DNA of 64,000 nucleotides from an uncultured Eubacteriales bacterium (GTDB lineage Bacteria; Bacillota; Clostridia; Acetivibrionales; CAVYEU01): NCBI GenBank assembly GCA_963767415.1, contig CAVYEU010000022.1, positions 15,885 to 79,884 of the forward strand, read 5' to 3'. Shown piece by piece: positions 54,547 to 63,037 of this stretch (position 1 is its first letter; each line of letters starts with the position of its first letter). The notes under the pieces were generated by a model. It saw only the letters and a program-made list of their open reading frames with translations, ran no database searches and was not told where the DNA came from. The position numbers and the translations under genes were made by a program.

Positions 54547-55090
54547 ACCACACCTCCCGCACACTAATCTTATATCCTTCGGTAGGTACTGATATTCCGA
54601 ATATTATTCCTCCACCAGACTTACTTTCATCAAATTCTTTAAACGAAACTTTACCATTAAAATTTTCTTTTAGTATAAGTTCGGCAGTAAAAAGCCCTAT
54701 ACTAAGTCCGCCCTCTTTACAATCATCAATTAAATATAAACTATATATGGTGTATTAAAACACTTCTTTCTTATTTCTTTCAATTTGAAATCAGCATCAT
54801 CAGAATAATCGTCTACTAAAGCATCCCATTTATTAATTCCTTTAAATATTCTTAAGAGTACCGAGCATCCAACTAAAATGACTAAAGTCATTACAATAAT
54901 ATATTGCGAATAAATACGGGATTTTAGACATTTCAATATCTAGTTGAGTATTTATAGACTCAGGGGGGTAGTTTAAAATAATTGGAATTACTGGATAAAA
55001 TAATAAAGCCAAAATACTATTTACTACTACGAAAATTAAAATAACACCGAATTTAATATGTTTTTTCGTAAAATTTAAAAATGTTTGCAT
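54536..55090 (-). pseudogene. remnant of a membrane sensor kinase (2 TM segments plus about 55 aa of kinase-ATPase C-terminus), multiply frameshifted
   Basis: ORFs 54842-55090 and 54730-54936 each carry one TM segment in different frames. Own translation of a third frame (54536-54740) gives LIDDCKEGGLSIGLFTAELILKENFNGKVSFKEFDESKSGGGIIFGISVP, homologous to the C-termini of the two downstream REC-ATPase proteins. Confidence 0.5.
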
Positions 55091-55111
55091 GGTTCTACAG
55101 CTCCTTTTGTA

Positions 55112-58100
55112 TTAATCAGGATAAATAAAATATTTAATATAAGAACCATCAATATGAGGCCACTCAAAACCCAATTTTTTTAAATACACTATAGTAATTT
55201 CGCTTCTAACTTCTACCATATAATTATCGAAAAATATATTCATATAATTTAGCATAAATTCTTCAGGAGAATGTTCTTTCATAAGGTTTAAGTTCAAAAT
55301 ATAATCTCGATATTGATCAAAAGAATAATTGTGAAGTACACTAATTGTAATATTCATAGATTTCAATATCTGTAATAACTCTGATATTTTTATAACATTA
55401 TGATTAACCAAATGAAAAATACGATTTTCAATAATAGGCTTTTCTAATATTTTTAATATTGCAATACTGCAATAGTCTACAGGAGTAAATTTTAAAGCTA
55501 TGTCCAGCATTATATCTGGAACTGCTCCTATTTTGATTATTGCTTTTAATATATTATAAAACATATTTTCGTTTTTATTTATTTGAAATTTTTTGTCAGT
55601 GTATCGTGCTGTAAGATTACCTACTCGAAAAACAGCTACATCAAGGCCATTTTCTAAAGCTTTAAGCACAATATTTTCTGCTTCAAATTTACTTCTTATA
55701 TAAGGATTTTCTAAAATATTTTGATTAATATAAAAATCATTTTCAGTAAATTTTAGATTTCTAATTTTTTGCTCAAGGCCATCCCCAGATACACTAGTTG
55801 TTGAGATATACCCTAATTTAATTTTAAATTCATCACAAAAATTAATAATTTCTTTAGTTCCAAACAAATTTACTTTATTAAATTCAGAGTCATCTCCAAA
55901 ATGTTTAGTTAAAGCTGCACAATGAATTACTAGATCAATTTTATTGCCGAGTTCTTCATAACTTTTTTGAGGTAATCCAAATCTTTCTAGTGAAATATCT
56001 CCATTAATTATATGAATTCTATCATTTATCTGTGTTAGATACTTATCTGGGAAGTAGTATTCTAATATACTTAAAAACCTAGTTTCGAAATCGTTATTTT
56101 TATCACGAACCAAACAAAATATTTGAGCATTACTATTATCTAATAAAATATTTAGTATATGTGCCCCTAAAAACCCAGTTGCTCCTGTTAAGAAAACTTT
56201 ATTGAATATTATTTTATCTCCATTATTTATCTGATGTTCATCTGTAATAATAGTATTAGAAACATAATTAGTAATTTCGTTTAAAATATTATTAGTAGTA
56301 TCAAAACTATTGGATAATGGTGATTCAATAGTTAATTTGATTTTTTTTGCAATTTCTTTTACATTATTAAATTGATAAAAATCTTGTACATTTAAATTCC
56401 AATTATATTTACTTGTCATAGACACAATTCTCATCAATATTAGAGAATCAACGCCAAAATCAAATATATTGTCAGAAACTCCTATATTTTTAATAACGAG
56501 ACTATTTTTAATTATCTCAAGTAATTTTATTTCTATGTCATTACTTGGATTTTCAATATTATTGTTTATTATATTGTAACTAGGATCTGGAAGATGTTGC
56601 TTGTTTATTTTACCATTCGCAGTAATTGGTAAATTTAAAATTTGGATAAAATAAGAAGGTATCATATATTCAGGAAGAAATTTTTTCATGTTTAGCTTTA
56701 ATTTTCGGATATCTTGGTCATTAAATTTTCTGTCAGAAACAAAATATGCACATAAATATTTGTTTGCATAATCCTTGTTATCTTTAGCTATTACAACAGC
56801 TTGTTTAATAGAAGGATATGAAGATAAAAGAGCTTCAATCTCACCTAATTCTATTCTAAAACCTTTAATTTTTACTTGATTATCAATACGACCAATAAAT
56901 TCAATATTACCATCGGGAAGCCATTTAACTAAATCTCCAGTTTTATAAACTATTTCAGAACTATTAAATGGATTGCAAATAAATTTTTCATTAGTAAGTT
57001 CAGGCTTATTTAAGTAGCCTCTTGACAGGCCTATACCAGAAATATATAATTCACCAACAACTCCAATTGGATTTATTTGATGTTTCTTATTTAAAATATA
57101 TGATTTGTAATTATTAAGGGGTTTACCAATAGGAACATTTGACTTTAATATATTAGTAGATTTAGATTTATCTCCCAATAAATCTTTTACGTCATCAATA
57201 TATTTATCTGAACCAAATTCAGAATAATATTTAAAAAATGTTGAGCATATTGTACATTCTGTAGGTCCATATCCGTTTATTATTTTAATATTTTTATTTA
57301 ATCTAATATATTCTTCTAAAACATATTTTTTTATTGGCTCAACACCTACAAGAATTTTATTAATATTAACTTCTTGCTGAAACTTTTTAAAATAATTTAA
57401 TAAATCACTTAATATTGAAGGTGGGATATATAAAAATGTTACCTTATTACCCAGTATTATTTTCGATAGTAATGATAAATCAAGAATATTTTCTTTCGGT
57501 AATAATAATAATTTAGCTCCAAATAATATAGGTAAAAATATTTCACATACGCTAACGTCAAACGAGATATTTGCTAAGTTTAAACAAATATCTTTGGAGT
57601 TAATATCCTTTTCATAAGAACTAAAAATTGAATATATGAAATTACAAACTGATTTATGCTCTATCATAACACCTTTGGGTTGCCCTGTACTTCCAGAAGT
57701 ATAAATTACATATATTAAATCAGACATACTATTAATATTATCTAAATTAGTTTTATTGTTATAATACAGCTTTTTATCATCTAAAAAAATTAATTCACTA
57801 TCAAAGACCATTTTCTTTGTTAAACTATTTTGTGTTAACAATATTTTTGTTTTACTATCATTTATCATAAATCGTATTCTGTCTTCAGGATATTCTGGAT
57901 CAATAGGTAAATATGCTCCTCCTGCTTTTAATATTCCAAGTATTCCTACCATCATTTCAATAGATCGTTCAACCATAATTCCTACAATAGTATCAGGTTT
58001 AACTCCTTTATCTCTAAGCACTCTTGCTACCTGGTTTGAACTATTATTCAATTCTCTATATGTTAATTCCTTATCTCCGAATACAACAGCAATATTATCA

Positions 58101-58801
58101 GGTGTTCTTTCAACTTGCTCTTGAAATAACTCATGTATAGTTTTCTCTCTTGGATAATTCGTATAGGTATTATTAAATTCATATAAAAGCTTATTCTTTT
58201 CCCATTCTGATAAAATATCTAGTTCAAATATTTTCTTTGCTGGATTATCAACAGCATCCTCAATAATATTCATAAAATGCTCGTGAAGCTTTATAATTTC
58301 ATCTCCTGCAAAAACATCAACCCTATAGTCCAAATTTAATATAAATTGCCCCTCATTTTCCCTATCGTTTATATGTAGTGCCAATGATTCGACTTGGTTT
58401 TCATTAAAATGCCATCTTCCTTTATAGTCTTCCAAAGATATTGTTTTATCAAATGAAGCATTTTGATAAGAAATGATTACATCAAATAATAGATCAGAAA
58501 TATTATGTGTTTCTCTAAAATCATGTAGAATTAATTCATATGGATATTTTTGATTTTTTAAATAAATCATTAGTTCTTTAGATACTATTTCAACAAACTC
58601 TTTAAAAGTTAATTTCTCGTCAATATTTATTCTTATTGGAATGGTACTTATAAACATTCCTATAGTTTCTTTTTCTTTAATATTGGATCTGTTTAGAATA
58701 GGAGTTCCTAAGACTATATCGTTCTTCATTGTTATTCTATAAATATAGGTGTACATAACTGCCAGAAACAATGCAAACACAGATTTGTATATTGTTTGCA
58801 A
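55112..58801 (-). CDS. nonribosomal peptide synthetase, C(part)-A-T-R portion
   Basis: 1229 aa. A-domain cores are LTYRELN, LKAGGAYLPIDPEYP, YTSGSTGQPKG, FDVSV, NGYGPTE, GELYISGIGLSRGY, YKTGDL, GRIDNQVKIKGFRIELGEIE, LPEYMIP and NGKINK. Carrier motif FGVDSL. Reductase NAD motif LTGATGFLG. Confidence 0.85.
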   Translation of the reverse strand: MQTIYKSVFALFLAVMYTYIYRITMKNDIVLGTPILNRSNIKEKETIGMFISTIPIRINIDEKLTFKEFVEIVSKELMIYLKNQKYPYELILHDFRETHNISDLLFDVIISYQNASFDKTISLEDYKGRWHFNENQVESLALHINDRENEGQFILNLDYRVDVFAGDEIIKLHEHFMNIIEDAVDNPAKKIFELDILSEWEKNKLLYEFNNTYTNYPREKTIHELFQEQVERTPDNIAVVFGDKELTYRELNNSSNQVARVLRDKGVKPDTIVGIMVERSIEMMVGILGILKAGGAYLPIDPEYPEDRIRFMINDSKTKILLTQNSLTKKMVFDSELIFLDDKKLYYNNKTNLDNINSMSDLIYVIYTSGSTGQPKGVMIEHKSVCNFIYSIFSSYEKDINSKDICLNLANISFDVSVCEIFLPILFGAKLLLLPKENILDLSLLSKIILGNKVTFLYIPPSILSDLLNYFKKFQQEVNINKILVGVEPIKKYVLEEYIRLNKNIKIINGYGPTECTICSTFFKYYSEFGSDKYIDDVKDLLGDKSKSTNILKSNVPIGKPLNNYKSYILNKKHQINPIGVVGELYISGIGLSRGYLNKPELTNEKFICNPFNSSEIVYKTGDLVKWLPDGNIEFIGRIDNQVKIKGFRIELGEIEALLSSYPSIKQAVVIAKDNKDYANKYLCAYFVSDRKFNDQDIRKLKLNMKKFLPEYMIPSYFIQILNLPITANGKINKQHLPDPSYNIINNNIENPSNDIEIKLLEIIKNSLVIKNIGVSDNIFDFGVDSLILMRIVSMTSKYNWNLNVQDFYQFNNVKEIAKKIKLTIESPLSNSFDTTNNILNEITNYVSNTIITDEHQINNGDKIIFNKVFLTGATGFLGAHILNILLDNSNAQIFCLVRDKNNDFETRFLSILEYYFPDKYLTQINDRIHIINGDISLERFGLPQKSYEELGNKIDLVIHCAALTKHFGDDSEFNKVNLFGTKEIINFCDEFKIKLGYISTTSVSGDGLEQKIRNLKFTENDFYINQNILENPYIRSKFEAENIVLKALENGLDVAVFRVGNLTARYTDKKFQINKNENMFYNILKAIIKIGAVPDIMLDIALKFTPVDYCSIAILKILEKPIIENRIFHLVNHNVIKISELLQILKSMNITISVLHNYSFDQYRDYILNLNLMKEHSPEEFMLNYMNIFFDNYMVEVRSEITIVYLKKLGFEWPHIDGSYIKYFIYPD
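55115..56206 (-). other. NRPS terminal thioester reductase (R/TD) domain
   Basis: Residues 866-1229 of the 1229 aa ORF. VFLTGATGFLGAHIL Rossmann motif, then YIRSKFEAE (YxxxK-like). Confidence 0.7.
56327..56548 (-). other. NRPS peptidyl carrier (T) domain
   Basis: Residues 752-825. DNIFDFGVDSLILMRIV with the phosphopantetheine Ser present. Confidence 0.7.
56582..58144 (-). other. NRPS adenylation (A) domain
   Basis: Residues 220-740. All ten core motifs are readable. The C-terminal part (KYLCAYFVSD ... LPEYMIPSYFIQILNLPITANGKINKQHLPDP) closely resembles Bacillales gramicidin/tyrocidine-type A domains as I remember them. Confidence 0.8.
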
Positions 58802-59217
58802 TATTTTTTAATTTTTAGAGATAACTCATGAGGAACAATAAATGTTTTTCTTTCTGCTTTAATGTTTGTATACCCAGTAGAATGCTGTTTTATAGAAATA
58901 CATTCAGGAACGGTACTAAACTTATTATTCCAAAATTCTTTGTTTTTCTTTAATTTTTCAGAATATTTGTATTCTTCCTCACTTAAAATATAATCGATAT
59001 AAGAAGGATATTTGTCTTTACTAAGGGTAGGGTTATTTTTTATCAAGGAATAATATTGCATAATCTGATTAACTAATAAATTAATACTCCATGCATCAAT
59101 TACTATATGATGTGCTTTAATATAAAATCTACCTTCATTATCATTAAGTCGTATCAACGCAAAATAAAATAAATCTGAGTTTGTTAACTTAAAAGGCTTA
59201 TGTGTTTGTTCCTTGTC
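58732..59217 (-). CDS. NRPS condensation-domain fragment carrying HHxxxD (between an in-frame TAG and a frameshift)
   Basis: Track ORF 58732-59157 (MIRLNDNEGRFYIKAHHIVIDAWS). Own translation shows the same frame is open from the TAG at 59218-59220 (DKEQTHKPFKLTNSDLFYFALIRLNDNEG). At the 3' end the frame is lost near the T6 run at 58804-58809. Confidence 0.7.
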   Translation of the reverse strand, partial: DKEQTHKPFKLTNSDLFYFALIRLNDNEGRFYIKAHHIVIDAWSINLLVNQIMQYYSLIKNNPTLSKDKYPSYIDYILSEEEYKYSEKLKKNKEFWNNKFSTVPECISIKQHSTGYTNIKAERKTFIVPHELSLKIKKYCKQYTNLCLHCFWQLCTPIFIE

Positions 59218-61143
59218 CTATTTATAAAGTCCTTTAATACCTTCCTTACTAAAATCAAGTAGTTGTATTTTTTTATTTTTGTATTCATGTATATATTGCT
59301 TTGGTTCTCCATCTATTTCAACTATTCTTAGTCGGATTGTATCATTCTTTTCTATAAATACATTAATTGCTGCGTCTAATATTGAATAATCAATTTCACC
59401 TTCAATTTTAACCGTTCCTGCAATGTTACCGAAGCTTGTATTTGGGTAAAATCTCTCGATATTCCATATAGCTCTTTGCGGATAACTTAGAGGATAATAC
59501 TTCGTATAATGATCTGCATTTGTAGACAATAGTTTTTTGAATTGAGATAATCCCTCTATATTCATAATTACTCTTTGTACCGTACCTTTATAATCTAATC
59601 CGTCTATATGTATAGTATATTGACCTTGAGTCTTATTAAAACATAAGTTAAATGTTCTTTTTTCATATCTTTCAAAAAAGCATTTTAATTCGGGTAATAT
59701 TACAGATAGAGTCAACTCTAAATCAATTAAGTCATCAATAAAATACAGCCTACATGTATCATTAAAGTTACTTACGCTGACGCCATCACTAAAAGCCTCA
59801 GCAACAGCATATGCAACAAGAGTACTACCTCTATATATTTTCCAAAACCTCCTTACGACAAACAATCCTAATGATTCATACACTATCTTTATTTTTTCCA
59901 GAGAAAAGCTTACTTTATCGATATAATCGTAGCAATCCATTTCTAATTGTGATAGTGCTTTTTTACAATAATCTAAAAAACTATCGGGATTATCCGCTAA
60001 TACAACATAGTAGTCATCTGATAAATTTAAATCATCGTAATTTTCTAAATCACAAACAAAATGTTCGATTTCATCAGATTGCATTTTGCTATTGTCGCTG
60101 ATAAATTTATTAATTTCCTCGAATTGAACTTTAGAGGACACATCTGTTTCGTTGTATATCAGGCAATATTCAAAGTATGGATGATTTAACATAATATCTG
60201 CAAGTGCAATTTGGATGTCAGATTTTGCTTTGGTGCTTGATTTTGCTTCGGGGACTGATATGAATTGTTGCCCTAAAAAGGTTCTATTATATAACCTTAG
60301 AAGTGAACCTATGTTCAAAAGCTTGTCTTCTTTAGCCTGCACGATGCTTGAGAATATGGTATGCTTATCTTTTAAATTATTAAATTGATTGAGTTTATTT
60401 TTAAAGTAGTTATCATAATTGCTGTCGCTTGTTTGTATATCTAATTGTTTGGATGCTGTATATAGGTTAATTATTTCATCGGGAGAACAGTTATCTAAGG
60501 ATTTAATGTTTGAGTAAGATTTGGAAAGTATATAATTAAATAACTTTCTGTATATAAGTACACCTTCTTGTCTAAAAGCAATACCATAAATGAAACTACC
60601 ATTAAGCTCTTTAAGCCTTTTTACCTCGGCATCAACGAATACTTTAGAATCATCAGGTAACATAATTTTTATATTGGTCAAGACTTGCCCTTCAAAAAAA
60701 ATCTTTTTAGTGAGTATAAAAGACAGACCATTTATGCTTATATCGGCAGGTCTAATTATTTCAGGAAAACCATGAATTGAAACAAAAATGTTTTCATCTT
60801 CTTCAACCCTGTGTCTCTTAACCAAACGCCTGGATGTCGTATGAATAGAACTTGGTTTCTCTATTAAGCATTCATTCTCTTTTATTTCAACAACTAAGCT
60901 AGTAAACTTGAAGAGGACTTCTTCGTGAATAAATACAACATCTATTTTCTGATTAGGTGACATTATATTTTCTTTATTATTTATTAATATATTAAATATA
61001 CCTTTTTTTCTATAGCTAAAAGACATCGTGCTAAAGTGTTGACTGTTCTCTATATGCACCGAAACAGGCAACTCTTTTTGTTTTGAGAGGTTGTTGAATA
61101 AGCTATCAATGTAAGTCTTGTCATTAACCAATTTAACAGACAC
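59218..61143 (-). CDS. NRPS N-terminal portion: YcgR-like PilZ domain, unknown domain of about 350 aa, start of condensation domain
   Basis: 641 aa. RRLVKR (RRxxxR) and DISING (DxSxxG) form the two-part PilZ c-di-GMP-binding signature. The C-terminal YPLSYPQRAIWNIERFYPNTSFGNIAG is a typical condensation-domain N-terminus. The ORF ends at a TAG that is in frame with the next fragment. Confidence 0.7.
   Translation of the reverse strand: MSVKLVNDKTYIDSLFNNLSKQKELPVSVHIENSQHFSTMSFSYRKKGIFNILINNKENIMSPNQKIDVVFIHEEVLFKFTSLVVEIKENECLIEKPSSIHTTSRRLVKRHRVEEDENIFVSIHGFPEIIRPADISINGLSFILTKKIFFEGQVLTNIKIMLPDDSKVFVDAEVKRLKELNGSFIYGIAFRQEGVLIYRKLFNYILSKSYSNIKSLDNCSPDEIINLYTASKQLDIQTSDSNYDNYFKNKLNQFNNLKDKHTIFSSIVQAKEDKLLNIGSLLRLYNRTFLGQQFISVPEAKSSTKAKSDIQIALADIMLNHPYFEYCLIYNETDVSSKVQFEEINKFISDNSKMQSDEIEHFVCDLENYDDLNLSDDYYVVLADNPDSFLDYCKKALSQLEMDCYDYIDKVSFSLEKIKIVYESLGLFVVRRFWKIYRGSTLVAYAVAEAFSDGVSVSNFNDTCRLYFIDDLIDLELTLSVILPELKCFFERYEKRTFNLCFNKTQGQYTIHIDGLDYKGTVQRVIMNIEGLSQFKKLLSTNADHYTKYYPLSYPQRAIWNIERFYPNTSFGNIAGTVKIEGEIDYSILDAAINVFIEKNDTIRLRIVEIDGEPKQYIHEYKNKKIQLLDFSKEGIKGLYK
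60544..60846 (-). other. PilZ domain
   Basis: Residues 100-200 of the 641 aa ORF. RRLVKR at 105-110, DISING at 134-139, then a beta-rich segment ending IYGIAFR. Confidence 0.6.
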
Positions 61144-61604
61144 TCAGTTATCCCCCTCGAAAAGCACCTCCGAATTTTATGTTACTTTTTTATTTCCAAT
61201 ATTTATTATTTCTCCATAATCTTTCAAAAACCTTCAAACAATATTAAAATATTTATAAACAATATTTATAAACTTCATCATATCCAGTATAAATTCTCGG
61301 TATAAATCGGGAATATATTAATAATCAACTATCCTTGCTCCAAAATATTTTGATAATTCATGCCTACTTGTTATATAATTAATATATAAGGTATTAAAAT
61401 TAATTTAACCCCTATTATAGATAAAACGCTGAGTATTTTGTTGTAATCATATAAAAACTAATTCGTAGCTTGTCACAAGGTTCATACTATTAATATACTT
61501 TAATCTTTCTAATAAACCCATATTATATTACGAAGCTAAAAGAAGTCTTATGTACTTGCAGATGTTATATTTATACAAATTAGTTATGCAAGGAGGCAAC
61601 CTAT

Positions 61605-62945
61605 ATGCAGTCTCTTTCAAATAACAATTCCACTAATTCAAGTATTTCTAGTCAAGATTTTAAAACTGATCGTGTATTAAGAACACTTTCTTATAGACAA
61701 GCCTATATAGAAGCAATATCAAATGTAAGCATAGAACAATTAAGTATAGGAATGCTTTCAGAACGGAGGCAGTTAGATGGTGGTGAAAACAAATCTATTA
61801 TGAAAGGTGTTTCATGGTCGGAAAAAAATGATGACCTAGCTCTCAGTATATCAAAAAAACAAAAAAAAATAGCAAACGAAGATGAAAAAAGGTTAGTAGA
61901 AACTACTGTAGAATATCTTATAAAAAATGATGCTATTCCGTTAGATGAAGCTATAATACGTCCTCCCTTTAAATATGCTGCTGCATATTGTTTGTTCAAT
62001 ATATTCAATCAAAATAATTCTTACATTGTACCAAAAGAAAAATTACTAATTGATATTGACGAAGATCGCAGAATGAGTAGGTCAGAACGCAGGTCACTAT
62101 CGTTAGATAACGATTATGCAAATGGACGTGCAAGTGATTTATTTTATGGTATTGCAAGTGCTTCTAAAAAAATTAACCTAACACCAATTAAAGTACAAAA
62201 AACTAGCAATGGTGATCACACACTCCAAGATTTTTTCCCTAACCAATTATCAATGAGCCAAATTTCAGAAAAAGATAAAGAACATTTTATTGGATTTGCT
62301 AGACTGATGGCAATGATACTTATCATTGGTTGTTCTGATGGTAATATTTCTAACTTTTTTTATGATGAAAATGGCCGAATTGGCAAGATTGATCATGCAG
62401 ATACATTTGAACAAGACGGAGATAATTCACATGCAGTAAACTTCGTTATTCAAAATATATTTCAAGATAAGATTAAAGATTTTTCATCTTTAGCAAATAC
62501 ATCTGAGGCTGATATATTAAGGATGCTTGATGGCGAGGATAGCCCAAGAACATTTATTTTTGTTGAATTTTTAAAATGCTTACAAGATGTTAAAAATTGT
62601 CCAGAATGTATTATTGACCAAGTTTTTAATAACAATAATTATAATATTCAAAATATGCCACAAGAAACAATGGACTTGTTAAATGAAAACTTAAGAAAGA
62701 TGAAAACAAATTTTATAAACAGAAAGCAAAGAATATTAACAAATTTTGAAACACCTCTTAGTATGTTACAAGAAAATAGATTAGTTAGTAGTCATTCTAG
62801 GACTAATAACATGATATTTGATAAAGCTGTTCAGATAATTGAAGAAGCACAAAGAAGAAATGTGACTTTACATCAATTAAAAGAGGAGTATACGCAAAGG
62901 GAATCTTCTAAATTAAAAGACAATCCTTTAAAAATTACACTCTAA
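61605..62945 (+). CDS. putative PI3/PI4-kinase-like (atypical kinase fold) protein
   Basis: 446 aa. FARLMAMILIIGCSDGNISNFFYDENGRIGKIDHADTF parallels the catalytic and activation-loop segment hhhGhGDRHxxN...G.hhHIDFG.xF. The D-x4-N spacing and the DFG-position Asp are kept. Confidence 0.35.
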   Translation: MQSLSNNNSTNSSISSQDFKTDRVLRTLSYRQAYIEAISNVSIEQLSIGMLSERRQLDGGENKSIMKGVSWSEKNDDLALSISKKQKKIANEDEKRLVETTVEYLIKNDAIPLDEAIIRPPFKYAAAYCLFNIFNQNNSYIVPKEKLLIDIDEDRRMSRSERRSLSLDNDYANGRASDLFYGIASASKKINLTPIKVQKTSNGDHTLQDFFPNQLSMSQISEKDKEHFIGFARLMAMILIIGCSDGNISNFFYDENGRIGKIDHADTFEQDGDNSHAVNFVIQNIFQDKIKDFSSLANTSEADILRMLDGEDSPRTFIFVEFLKCLQDVKNCPECIIDQVFNNNNYNIQNMPQETMDLLNENLRKMKTNFINRKQRILTNFETPLSMLQENRLVSSHSRTNNMIFDKAVQIIEEAQRRNVTLHQLKEEYTQRESSKLKDNPLKITL

Positions 62946-63037
62946 TAAAACTTTAACAACGGAAATTTTTATGAATTTTACCGCTGCCTTTATTTGTCCT
63001 TATAGGGCTAAATAAGCAATTCGTTTTAAGAGTAAAC

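Noticed and set aside
59218-59220. The in-frame TAG could indicate a stop-codon-recoded phage (TAG read as an amino acid).
   Set aside because: TAG terminates the 519 aa GTPase gene at 45929-45931, with an unrelated frame following. All other long genes (1000-1400 codons) contain no in-frame TAG. A single occurrence fits a nonsense mutation or base-call error better than an alternative code.
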